Part shown: one piece after another, positions 29,305 to 38,754 of the stretch
How the letters are laid out: every line of letters starts with the position of its first letter
Position numbering within the stretch: position 1 is the stretch's first letter
From: Bacteroidales bacterium
Lineage (GTDB): Bacteria; Bacteroidota; Bacteroidia; Bacteroidales; UBA12077
Assembly: GCA_050179935.1 (NCBI GenBank)
Contig: JBFXEQ010000006.1
Location: 19,863 to 83,862 of the forward strand
Length of the DNA stretch: 64,000 nt
Reading direction: 5' to 3'
Notes under the pieces: model-generated
Database searches by the model: none
What the model saw: only the letters and a program-made list of their open reading frames with translations
What the model was told of the DNA's origin: nothing
Translations under genes and position numbers: made by a program

Positions 29305-30876
29305 ATGAAAAGACTAGCATTATTATTTATCGGGATTATGATATTCCCAATATTCTCTCATGCAGGAGGTATTGTAACCAATACCAACCAGAGTGCTGCT
29401 TGGGTTCGAATGTTTGCCCGCGATGCATCAACAGGTATTGATGCGGTTTACTTTAACCCGGCTGGTTTGGCAAAATTAAATGGCGATGGTTTGTTTATCT
29501 CCCTTAACGAACAAATATTAAATCAAAACAGATATATTACATCTGATTATTCATATCTAAACACTAGCGACTTTGAAGGGTCTGTTATTGTTCCTGTTTT
29601 CCCAAGTGTTTATGCAGCCTATAAAACTGGCAAATTTGCTATTTCGTTTGGATTTAATGTAATTGGAGGTGGAGGAAATGCAACCTTCGACAAAGGGTTA
29701 CCGATGTTCGATATGTCAGCTTCTGATTTAGTTCCTATGTTAAATGCTCCTTACGATGCAACATCTTATAGCCTTGATGCTTATCTTGAAGGATCATCAA
29801 TTTATTATGGATATCAACTTGGGGTAACATATGAAATAAATGAAATGATTGCAGTTTACTTAGGTGCACGTTATGTTTCAGCAACCAACACTTATGTTGG
29901 TCACTTAAATGACATTACTATTTATGATGCTATTGGAACACCCTATGATGCGTCGGCTTTTTTTGAAGCTAACTACACTAACATTACAAACGTTTCTGGA
30001 TATGTTTCTACTTTACCAGCTGAAGACGCTCTAACTAATGCAACCGCCATAGGAATCCTTTCATCACAGGGACTGTATAATTCAGGAATGACCAATAGTG
30101 CCGCAGTTTTATATTTAAATGGAGTAGCTCAAAAGAATTATGCAGCATCAGTACTTTTAGCTGATCAGGAAGGTGATATCGAACAAAAAGGATCTGGTAT
30201 TGCTCCAATTATAGGTGTTAACCTTAATCTTATAGAAAACAAACTTAATATTGGTATGAAATACGAATTCGAAACCAATATTGAACTTGAAAATAATGTT
30301 GAACCAGGTAAAGGATTTGCAATAGGAATGGATGCAACAGGTAATCCAATTTATATGTTCCCTGATGGAGAAAAAGTAAATAACGACATGCCCGCACAGT
30401 TTACTTTAGGAGCTGATTATAAAATTACTGATAAATTTTCGGTAGCAGTTGGTGGTCACTATTATTTCGATAAACAGGCGGATTATGGCAAAAAGTTAAA
30501 CGGTGTTTATGTTGAAAATGATCAATTAATTAATAAAGGATTATGGGAAGCTGCAATTGGTCTTGAATACAAATTTAGCGAAAAGTTCCTACTAAGTATC
30601 GGATACTTACATACCCAAATTGGTGTTAAAGAAGTTTATCAATCTAACTTAAGTTACACCAACTCATCTAACTCTATAGGATTTGGTGGTGCTTACAAAG
30701 TAACTCCAAATCTTGACCTAAATCTTGGCATTGGTTATTCAACCTACGAAACTTTTGAAAAAACATTTGATCATGATGAAGCTGGATCAGGTACTTTAGT
30801 ACCTGTTAAAGAAACTTATGACAAAGACAATTTGTTTATTGCACTTGGTTTAGATTTTAAATTATTTGGAAAATAA
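29305..30876 (+). CDS. FadL/OmpP1/TodX-like outer-membrane transport barrel
   Basis: 523 aa with a signal peptide. The N-terminal GGIVTNTNQSAAWVRMFARDASTGIDAVYFNPAGLAKL resembles the FadL-family N-terminus. Barrel-like C-terminus (LGLDFKLFGK). Confidence 0.6.
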   Translation: MKRLALLFIGIMIFPIFSHAGGIVTNTNQSAAWVRMFARDASTGIDAVYFNPAGLAKLNGDGLFISLNEQILNQNRYITSDYSYLNTSDFEGSVIVPVFPSVYAAYKTGKFAISFGFNVIGGGGNATFDKGLPMFDMSASDLVPMLNAPYDATSYSLDAYLEGSSIYYGYQLGVTYEINEMIAVYLGARYVSATNTYVGHLNDITIYDAIGTPYDASAFFEANYTNITNVSGYVSTLPAEDALTNATAIGILSSQGLYNSGMTNSAAVLYLNGVAQKNYAASVLLADQEGDIEQKGSGIAPIIGVNLNLIENKLNIGMKYEFETNIELENNVEPGKGFAIGMDATGNPIYMFPDGEKVNNDMPAQFTLGADYKITDKFSVAVGGHYYFDKQADYGKKLNGVYVENDQLINKGLWEAAIGLEYKFSEKFLLSIGYLHTQIGVKEVYQSNLSYTNSSNSIGFGGAYKVTPNLDLNLGIGYSTYETFEKTFDHDEAGSGTLVPVKETYDKDNLFIALGLDFKLFGK

Positions 30877-30906
30877 TAAGGTTGCTTTAAGTAAAATATG
30901 ATTTAA

Positions 30907-30936
30907 AAGAGGCTTTTTGACAAAGCCTCTTTTTTC
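30907..30936 (+). terminator. intrinsic terminator after the FadL-like gene
   Basis: Stem AAGAGGCTTT / AAAGCCTCTT followed by TTTTT. Confidence 0.75.
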
Positions 30937-31315
30937 GTATTCAGACCAAGGCATTTCTCTATATACTCCTACTTTACTACCAATATTATTTACGCACAGA
31001 TTGACATTTCACATGACGAAATCTCTCGTTGCGATACATATATTAATTAGTTATGTTATTTTGTCCTAAAAGTTTTTAAAATTTACAAGTCTTTTTAAAA
31101 GTTTCACAAAGTATCTCAAATTTAAACACAAAGTTACACAACTTCGGAAGAAAACACTCTTAGTGATACGTTGTGTAATACATTGTGGAACTTTGCGTTA
31201 CAAAATTTATTCTTAGATTACTTAAAGATTTCAGGTGCTTCTGAAAATCGAAAAACAAAGAACCTTCTTACTTAAATACATTCTCTTTTGTATATTAGCC
31301 AAAACTTTTCAAATT

Positions 31316-32011
31316 ATGAACAAATACTTTTTACTAATCATCTTAATTAATTCAGCTATGATTTGCAATGGGCAGATTTACGAAAATCCAGTTGCTGCAG
31401 AACAAAGCCATGCTGATTTAATCATTGAAAAGATTGAGATTACACCTGAAAATACGATAGTTATATTAAGTATTACCAACCAGATGCAATCGGGCGGATG
31501 GTTTTGTGCCGATAACAATATTATTCTTAAGGAAAGCAAAGGAAATAAGGAGTATAAACTTGTGCGATCTGAAAACATTCCTATCTGCCCTCAAAAACAT
31601 GAGTTTAAAAGGAAAGGAGAAATTCTTCAGTTTTTACTTTATTTTCCTCCGATCGACACCGGTATTGTTTTTATTGATTTAATTGAGAATTGCGATCAGG
31701 CTTGCTTCTCGTTCCGTGGGATTATACTTGACAACATTCACAATAAAAAGGTAATTACCTTCGAAAAAGCTCTCGATTTATTTACTCATGGCGCTATAAA
31801 CGAAAGTATTCCTTTGTTTAAGCAGATTTTGGATAGTAAGCCAACAATAGAATCGCATATTTTTGGATTGTCGTATTTCTATCTGGTTCTTAGTTATCAA
31901 AGTTTAAACGATAAAGCTAATACTGATTTTTGGTATGATGCATTAAAAAACTCTGATGTTCCGTTAAAATCTGATATACTTAAAGAGTTAAATCTTAAAC
32001 TGGGGTATTAA
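31316..32011 (+). CDS. secreted hypothetical protein
   Basis: The ATG at 31316 gives the signal peptide MNKYFLLIILINSAMICNGQ; the track's GTG at 31235 adds an implausible extension. 231 aa with a helical, TPR-like C-terminal third. Unknown family. Confidence 0.55.
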   Translation: MNKYFLLIILINSAMICNGQIYENPVAAEQSHADLIIEKIEITPENTIVILSITNQMQSGGWFCADNNIILKESKGNKEYKLVRSENIPICPQKHEFKRKGEILQFLLYFPPIDTGIVFIDLIENCDQACFSFRGIILDNIHNKKVITFEKALDLFTHGAINESIPLFKQILDSKPTIESHIFGLSYFYLVLSYQSLNDKANTDFWYDALKNSDVPLKSDILKELNLKLGY

Positions 32012-35000
32012 AATCCGCCACCACTGATAATAAACCCGGTGGTAAACGGAACATTCTGCAACTGAAAAGGCTTTGCAATGTAGGGTTCGAGCACCATATA
32101 TCCGAAAAGATTAATACGTATTGATGCTCCGGCACTATAAACAGGTGTATGAAAACTAGGATCGGGATTCCAGAAGTACCGTATATCACTATCCTTGTCC
32201 CATGGAACGGTATTATTGAACCATGATACACCACCATCGAGGAAGAAAACAATATCAGAATAAAAAACATTTGATTTTATTAATGCAAACCGCTTAGGTC
32301 CGGTAAATGGGTATCGAATCTCGGCATTCATAATAAAAATTTTGCTTCCTGTTAATTGATTAATATCCAAGAAGTTTTCGTTATACGACTCGTACGATTT
32401 ATTAAATGCACTGTAATTATATCCCCGAACGAGGTAATCATTGCCTAAATAAATTGGGTACAATAAATCCTGATCGTTGCCATAACGGCCATAATGCATT
32501 GCCCTAAATGCAAATCCCAAAGGTTTTTTAAAATAATACTTTCGATAATCTAACGATATGCCTGTAACATTAACAGCATCTACCATCTGATCTATCTGAA
32601 AGCGATATCTGTAGCCATCCATAGGTGATGTTAATCCAAAAGTGGTGTTATCACCAACAAAGGCTATATAGGCTCGTCCTATATCATATGAAGGAGGACC
32701 ATCAACCTTTTCTTTAGTTTGCCCTACGTTATAACCTCCGGAAAAATAATTATTAATACTATCAACACGAAAACTATAGTGAGCATAAGATACCCCGCCC
32801 TCGAAACGTAGTTTTGAAGATATAGGGTATTGCGAAAATACAGACAGATTTTCTTCGAAAACACGTATTAACTGATACGAATCAACATAATAAGGGCTTC
32901 CATTTATAGTATCAATTTTAGGAGTCCAGTACATTGCTCTGTACGGGAAATGATAAAAAGATGCTCCCCAGAACAACCTTTTTTTCATATTTAAATATGC
33001 CAACTGTCCTCCGAAATCGTAAACCTCGCCATTAATCTGCAACATGCCAAAAATCTGGTGGTATTTAAGCATATCACTCCATAAAGCACTCACACCACCT
33101 GATGCGTATGTCCCATAATTACTATAACCCATTCCAACACCAGAAGAACCAATATACTCAAGTTCGAACTTCGGATCATATTTTTGTACCTCAAATGAAT
33201 CTTTTGGCTGTGAAGGACTAACATTGAGGTTTCTCTGAACAATATTTGTAATACGTATTTTGCCTGGAGCTAAATAAGCAGCATCAAAATTTGTTGTTCG
33301 TGGATCAACAACTATATTCAGAAAGTCAGTAGTTTTTGCTTTATAAATAAAATATTTTCCTTTCGCATAATGTGTGTAAACTACATCACCCGATTTTCGT
33401 GAAACACTGAATGCTGGGGCAAGGTCTGTAATTCCGGTAATACCTGTAGCAAATTTTGTTAATTTAAATATTTCTCCGTCATGCAAATGGTACCTGTAGA
33501 GATTTCTAAATCCATCGGCATCAGAAAGAAAATACAATGATGAATCAGTTGGTGAATACTGTGGGCTATAAATATTTGCATCGGGTAAAAATTCATAAAC
33601 CAGCACCTGCCCTGTCCTCATTTTATAAATACATAATCGGTAGGCACCATAAATCTGTTTATCAAGATTAGTATCAGAACCTCGATCGGAGATAAATGCT
33701 ATTTCGGAACCATCGGACGACCATGATGGCTGTAAATCTGAATAATAATCATTCGTTAATTGGGTAAGTTTTTTGGTTTCGAGATGATATAAATACAAAT
33801 CACTTTTGCCTTTTACCAATCCATTAAAAAGAATTGATTTTCCATCAGGTGACCATTCGGGGTTACTGATATAATCCATTCCCGCGATTCTAATCTCCTC
33901 ATCGGTTCTAATTTTCCTATTATCGATACTTACCAATAATAAAACATTTGTACCCTGTGAGAAAGTAGCAAAAACATAATTTTTTCCATCAGGCGACCAT
34001 GAACCGGCATCTTCGATATAATTAAAATCATCAATATGTGTTTTCTTAACTGTTGAAGTAAGCTTTGTTTTTATTTTTTTTGTTTCGTTATCAGCCAAAA
34101 GGATATCTATATTAATAACATCGCGGTTTGAAAGAAAGATAACCTGCTTACCATCAGGACTTAGCACTGGTGACAAGTTTATCTCACCTCCGTTTTTATC
34201 ATTAAACATTAATTCGCCCACAGGAGCGATAGTGTCTTTTAAAAACTCATCATATTGTGTTTCAACACTTTTTTGCCAAAGCGTAGAAAGACTGTCGGTG
34301 GTAAGGTTAAACAGAAGTTTTGTTGCATGTTCGAATCCAAATCGTAATGATAAATAATAATATGGCTGAATTACATCATCGCCCCAAACACCCGAAATGT
34401 ATGACATAAATGCATGACCATAACGATAAGGGAAGTATTTATTCATGTTACGAGTCATATCTTTTAAAGAAGGTACATCTTTATTGATAACTGCATCTCT
34501 CATCCACATAGCAGTGCGATTATCCATTGGACCAATGGATAAAAATTCGGCAGTACCTTCGATAAACCATAAAGGGATATTAGCTAACGATTGAAAAGAA
34601 AGACTATCGTTCTTTTTAACAAGATTATACTGAAATACATGAACCATCTCGTGCCCCAAAACATGATCGGTTTCTTTATTCGATGCCATAACGGGTATAA
34701 CTACACGACTTCTCAATCCTTCGGTTACACCACCTGTTCCAACTCCAATTGATCCTGATATTACAGTAGTTTGTCGAAAATCGGTAGTATTATTATATAA
34801 AATGATTGGGCTTTGTAATAAGGTATCGTTAAAAATAGCTTTATGCCTTAAGTACCAGCGTTCGGATAACTGACCGATTGAATAAATAGCTGTATCATCA
34901 TCCAAGTAATTATAAATCTCAAAGGCTGGTGTTTTATAAACATCAAAATCGAACCGCTCGTACATAACTTTGTTTTGGCCAAACTGGGCGTAAGTTATAT

Positions 35001-35046
35001 CGTAGAACACAAAAATTAGTGCAGCGAGCAGAATTGTTCTTTTCAT
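32008..35046 (-). CDS. outer-membrane fusion protein: HExxH metallopeptidase-like domain + PD40/TolB-like beta-propeller + Omp85 (surface antigen) barrel
   Basis: 1012 aa with a signal peptide. HEMVH is followed by an E 26 residues after the second His (WFIEGTAEF). Repeated PD40-type motifs (SPDGKQVIFLSNRD, WSPDGKNYVF, EWSPDGKSILFNG, WSSDGSEIAFISDRG). Barrel C-terminus ends ...GFIISGGGF. Confidence 0.7.
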   Translation of the reverse strand: MKRTILLAALIFVFYDITYAQFGQNKVMYERFDFDVYKTPAFEIYNYLDDDTAIYSIGQLSERWYLRHKAIFNDTLLQSPIILYNNTTDFRQTTVISGSIGVGTGGVTEGLRSRVVIPVMASNKETDHVLGHEMVHVFQYNLVKKNDSLSFQSLANIPLWFIEGTAEFLSIGPMDNRTAMWMRDAVINKDVPSLKDMTRNMNKYFPYRYGHAFMSYISGVWGDDVIQPYYYLSLRFGFEHATKLLFNLTTDSLSTLWQKSVETQYDEFLKDTIAPVGELMFNDKNGGEINLSPVLSPDGKQVIFLSNRDVINIDILLADNETKKIKTKLTSTVKKTHIDDFNYIEDAGSWSPDGKNYVFATFSQGTNVLLLVSIDNRKIRTDEEIRIAGMDYISNPEWSPDGKSILFNGLVKGKSDLYLYHLETKKLTQLTNDYYSDLQPSWSSDGSEIAFISDRGSDTNLDKQIYGAYRLCIYKMRTGQVLVYEFLPDANIYSPQYSPTDSSLYFLSDADGFRNLYRYHLHDGEIFKLTKFATGITGITDLAPAFSVSRKSGDVVYTHYAKGKYFIYKAKTTDFLNIVVDPRTTNFDAAYLAPGKIRITNIVQRNLNVSPSQPKDSFEVQKYDPKFELEYIGSSGVGMGYSNYGTYASGGVSALWSDMLKYHQIFGMLQINGEVYDFGGQLAYLNMKKRLFWGASFYHFPYRAMYWTPKIDTINGSPYYVDSYQLIRVFEENLSVFSQYPISSKLRFEGGVSYAHYSFRVDSINNYFSGGYNVGQTKEKVDGPPSYDIGRAYIAFVGDNTTFGLTSPMDGYRYRFQIDQMVDAVNVTGISLDYRKYYFKKPLGFAFRAMHYGRYGNDQDLLYPIYLGNDYLVRGYNYSAFNKSYESYNENFLDINQLTGSKIFIMNAEIRYPFTGPKRFALIKSNVFYSDIVFFLDGGVSWFNNTVPWDKDSDIRYFWNPDPSFHTPVYSAGASIRINLFGYMVLEPYIAKPFQLQNVPFTTGFIISGGGF

Positions 35047-35187
35047 ATGTCTCGGTCAAATTATCAGTTTATACCGGCAGAATAAAATCAGGCCTAAAGA
35101 ATGCCACAAATATTGTGCAATATAAAGTAATTTGAATGTATTTCTTATAAACTGAAATAAAAAATATCGGATGTTTTCTAGAATCTT

Positions 35188-35511
35188 TTATATTAATCCC
35201 AAATCAAGCAGGGCTTCTTCGCTCATCAAACTCCGATCCCAGGGCGGGTCGAAAACCAGATTAACCTTAGCCGATTTAACTCCTTTTATTTCATTGGTTT
35301 TTTGGTGTACCTCATTTAACAAATCATCGGCCATGGGGCAATTTGGTGCAGTAAGCGTCATTTTAACGGTAACATTAAAGTCATCATCAACATCAACTGC
35401 ATAAATTAAACCCAGATCGTAAATATTTACGGGTATTTCAGGATCGAAAATTGTTTTAAGCACTTTTACAATTTCGGCTTGTAATGAAAGCATATTATTC
35501 TGTTCGTCCAT
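35188..35511 (-). CDS. DUF59/SufT-like Fe-S cluster assembly protein
   Basis: 107 aa. Carries FDPEIPVNIYDLGLIY and ...LTAPNCPMAD..., typical of MIP18/SufT-type proteins. Last gene of the suf operon. Confidence 0.8.
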   Translation of the reverse strand: MDEQNNMLSLQAEIVKVLKTIFDPEIPVNIYDLGLIYAVDVDDDFNVTVKMTLTAPNCPMADDLLNEVHQKTNEIKGVKSAKVNLVFDPPWDRSLMSEEALLDLGLI

Positions 35512-35513
35512 TT

Positions 35514-35939
35514 TTATCTATTATTTTTTGCGTGAAAAGCCATTGCATAGAGCCTCATTTGTTTTACCATAGCAAGTAATCCATTTGATCGTGTAGGAGA
35601 TAGATTTTGTTGGAGTCCTATTTTATCAATAAAATACAAATCGATATTCATAATATCTTCAGGTTTTTGATTATTCATAACCCTGATTAGTAATGCAACA
35701 ATACCCTTTGTAATAATAGCATCACTGTCGGCTGAAAATTTAAGCAATCCATTTTCTATTTCGGCATTAAGCCAGACTTTCGATTGGCAACCTTCGATAA
35801 GATATTGATTAGTTTTGTACTTTGGATCTATTGGTGGCAATTCGCGGCTTAGCTCGATTAAGTAATTGTATTTATCCATCCAGTCGTCGAAAATCGAAAA
35901 CTCTTCAATAATTTCGTCTTGCCTTGTTTTGATATCCAT
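35514..35939 (-). CDS. sufE: SufE-family sulfur acceptor
   Basis: 141 aa with the SufE signature around the active Cys (IEGCQSKVWL). Confidence 0.85.
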   Translation of the reverse strand: MDIKTRQDEIIEEFSIFDDWMDKYNYLIELSRELPPIDPKYKTNQYLIEGCQSKVWLNAEIENGLLKFSADSDAIITKGIVALLIRVMNNQKPEDIMNIDLYFIDKIGLQQNLSPTRSNGLLAMVKQMRLYAMAFHAKNNR

Positions 35940-35940
35940 A

Positions 35941-36111
35941 CTTAAAAAGTTTTAAGTGAGCTAAAGTAAATTAAAGTGAGCTGAAGTAAATTAAAGTGAG
36001 CTAAAGTGAGCTAAAAATCTTAATAGTAAATAAATCTTTACGTTTTCTATTAAACATTTTAATTTTTGGCACTTTAAGTACTTGTAACTTTAGCTCACTT
36101 TAGTCACTTTT
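35941..36111. repeat. intergenic element of 10-bp-phased direct repeats (TAAAGTGAGC / TAAAGTAAAT) with inverted copies
   Basis: The left arm (35952-36017) holds about 6 consecutive 10-bp units. The right arm (36068-36111) holds reverse-complement copies (GCTCACTTTA, GTCACTTTT, GTAACTTTA). An AT-rich centre of about 50 bp separates the arms. The element fills the whole sufS-sufE gap. Confidence 0.8.
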
Positions 36112-37332
36112 CTAACCAAACATCTGTTTTACTTTTAAAATAGCATTATATAGCTGATCAATTTCATTTTTTGTATTATAAAACGAAAATGAGGCTCTTA
36201 AAGTTCCTTCGATATTAAATCGTCGCATTACAGGCTCAGCACAATGATGACCTGTTCGAACAGCTATTCCCATTTTGTCTATTACCATTCCAGCATCGTA
36301 ATGGTGAATGTTTTCGAGTATAAAAGATATCAGGCTAACTTTATTTTTTGATGTACCAATAATTCTCAACCCTGGAATGGACTTAAGCTTTTCGGTTGCA
36401 TAGTTAAGCAGCTCTTTTTCGTATGCTGCAATATTTTCAATACCAACCGACTGTATATATTCTATAGCTTTTGCCATTCCTATAGCTCCTACATAGTTTG
36501 GTGTGCCAGCTTCGAATTTAAATGGCAACTCGTTAAAACTAGTTTTTTCGAAACTAACCTTTTTGATCATTTCGCCACCTGATAAAAACGGAGGCATTTT
36601 ATTCAGCCACTTCTCTTTTCCATAAAGAACACCAATACCTGTGGGTCCATAAAACTTATGACCTGAAAAAGCAAAGAAATCACAATCCAAAGATTGCACA
36701 TCTGTTTGTCCATGTTGAATGCTTTGAGCTCCGTCTATAAGAACCGGTATATTGTGGGCATGCGATATGTCGATAATTTTTTTAACATCATTAATAGTTC
36801 CCAAAGCATTTGAAACCTGGTTTACCGCAACTATTTTAGTTTTACTGGTTATAAGTTTTTCAAACTCTTCAATTATTAACTCCCCATCGTTGTTGATTGG
36901 TATTACTTTAAGTCTGGCTTTTTTACGTTCACAAAGCAATTGCCAGGGAACTATATTCGAATGATGCTCGAGAGTTGAAATGATTATCTCATCTTCTTCA
37001 TTTACAAATCTTTCGCCAAAAGAATAAGCTACCGTGTTTATTGATTGGGTGGTGCCGCTCGTAAAAATTACTTCATATTCAAATTTTGCATTAATAAACT
37101 CTTGAATCACTTTTCTGGCTCCTTCAAATCGTTGCGTAAGCTGCTCGCTTAAATAATGAACACCACGATGAATATTACTGTTTTCGTGAGAATAAATTTT
37201 ATTTATTTCATCAATAACCACTTGTGGTTTTTGTGTAGTTGCCCCATTATCGAAGTAAACAAGAGGTTTGCCATAAATCTCCTGTTTAAGTATTGGGAAG
37301 TCGTTTCGTATATTTTGTATATCTAAGCTCAC
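36112..37332 (-). CDS. sufS: cysteine desulfurase SufS
   Basis: 406 aa. PLP-lysine motif FSGHKFYGPTGIGVLYG and C-terminal active-site region (RTGHHCAEP). Confidence 0.93.
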   Translation of the reverse strand: MSLDIQNIRNDFPILKQEIYGKPLVYFDNGATTQKPQVVIDEINKIYSHENSNIHRGVHYLSEQLTQRFEGARKVIQEFINAKFEYEVIFTSGTTQSINTVAYSFGERFVNEEDEIIISTLEHHSNIVPWQLLCERKKARLKVIPINNDGELIIEEFEKLITSKTKIVAVNQVSNALGTINDVKKIIDISHAHNIPVLIDGAQSIQHGQTDVQSLDCDFFAFSGHKFYGPTGIGVLYGKEKWLNKMPPFLSGGEMIKKVSFEKTSFNELPFKFEAGTPNYVGAIGMAKAIEYIQSVGIENIAAYEKELLNYATEKLKSIPGLRIIGTSKNKVSLISFILENIHHYDAGMVIDKMGIAVRTGHHCAEPVMRRFNIEGTLRASFSFYNTKNEIDQLYNAILKVKQMFG

Positions 37333-37342
37333 GTACTTTATT

Positions 37343-38716
37343 TTATGGATTACAACAATGCATTTGACATGAATTACAACGCGACAACTCGCCTCTTAAT
37401 CGCTTTTCGACTAAATCTGTAATTCGTTCTTTAAGTGCAGGAACTTTAATTTTCTGAATTACTTCGTGCGCAAAAGCATACATAAGTAATAATTTTGCTT
37501 CTTTTTTATTAATTCCACGAGCTCTCATGTAAAACAACGCATTTTCATCGAGTTGTCCAACAGTGGCCCCATGACTACATTTCACATCGTCGGCGTAAAT
37601 CTCTAACTGAGGTCGCGTTTTAATATCTGCGTCATCGGTAAGCAATATATTATTATTTGCCTGATAAGCCTGTGTTTTTTGAGCATCCTTACGCACAAGT
37701 ATGCGCCCATTAAAAGCACCTGTTGCAAAATCATCTAAAACTCCTTTAAAAAGCTGATTGCTAACACAGTTAGGTTTTGCATGATCGATATAAACATAGT
37801 TATCTATATGTTGTCCTTTGTCAGTAAGATATAAGCCATAGGTGTTATTTTCACATCCCTCACCATTTAAAAATGCAGAGATGTTATTTCTTATTAAACC
37901 ACCGTGTAAAGAAATTGTACTATCAGTAACACGGCTGTTTCGCTCCTGATGAAAAAATAAATGTGATACTTGCTTTGAACCGTTATGTTCGTTTTGTATT
38001 CGCGAATAGTTAAACTGAGCATTTTGTCCGACATAAAACTCAGCAACTGAATTAGTGAGAAAATTTTTTGCTGACAAAGTATGATCACAAACCACCACCG
38101 AAGCCTGACTATTTTCTTCGAGAATATAAAGATTTCGATGAGAAGTCAACCCCTCCTCTTCGTCCATCAAAACATTAATTATTTGTATAGGCTTTTCAAT
38201 AACTACACCTTTAGGGACATATAGAAAAATACCATCTTTTACAAAGGCTGTATTTAAGGCCACCAAACCCTCTTTCTCACAATCAGCATATTTGGCAAAA
38301 TGTTTTTTAAACAGATCGGGATATTTTTCGGAAGCTTTTTGAAAACTCCCTATTATTGCTCCACCAGGAAGTTCTTGTAACAGATTTTCGCGATCGTAGT
38401 ACCACCCATTAAGCAATAATATTACTTTGGTATTTAAATCGGGCACATCGCAACTGAAGATATCGTTTATCTCAAACTTTATATTTTTAGGTGAGAGATA
38501 GGTTTTATATCCATTTTCGAATACCTTTTTTAAATCGGTGTATTTATAATTCTCGTTTTTCTTATCAGGAATTCCAATCTCCTCAAACTGTTTAATCGCT
38601 TTCTCCCGGATCTGATTGATAAAATCCGGCGAACCATTTTTAATGATATCAATATTCTCCTTATATAAATCGAGAAATTTTGTTTTGATATCTATAGTTG
38701 TAACATCTGTGTTCAT
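37343..38716 (-). CDS. sufD: Fe-S cluster assembly protein SufD (with Cys-rich C-terminal tail)
   Basis: 457 aa with SufB/D beta-helix sequence (QLEIYADDVKCSHGATVGQLDE). It sits between sufC and sufS. The protein ends ...RCNSCQMHCCNP. Confidence 0.88.
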   Translation of the reverse strand: MNTDVTTIDIKTKFLDLYKENIDIIKNGSPDFINQIREKAIKQFEEIGIPDKKNENYKYTDLKKVFENGYKTYLSPKNIKFEINDIFSCDVPDLNTKVILLLNGWYYDRENLLQELPGGAIIGSFQKASEKYPDLFKKHFAKYADCEKEGLVALNTAFVKDGIFLYVPKGVVIEKPIQIINVLMDEEEGLTSHRNLYILEENSQASVVVCDHTLSAKNFLTNSVAEFYVGQNAQFNYSRIQNEHNGSKQVSHLFFHQERNSRVTDSTISLHGGLIRNNISAFLNGEGCENNTYGLYLTDKGQHIDNYVYIDHAKPNCVSNQLFKGVLDDFATGAFNGRILVRKDAQKTQAYQANNNILLTDDADIKTRPQLEIYADDVKCSHGATVGQLDENALFYMRARGINKKEAKLLLMYAFAHEVIQKIKVPALKERITDLVEKRLRGELSRCNSCQMHCCNP

Positions 38717-38754
38717 TATTTGCTTTTTAATTTCCGGTAATACTATTTAACTAA

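Noticed and set aside
31235-31315. Upstream GTG start for the 31316 gene given by the ORF track
   Set aside because: The 27 extra residues precede a clean Met plus signal peptide (MNKYFLLIILINSAMICNGQ). The extension looks non-coding.
35171-35404. 77-aa plus-strand ORF
   Set aside because: It lies antisense within the conserved DUF59/SufT-like gene and is probably spurious.
35941-36111. Possible CRISPR array or tandem-repeat locus
   Set aside because: The units are only 10 bp with no unique spacers, no cas genes are nearby, and inverted copies are present. I kept it as a repeat / RNA-structure element instead.
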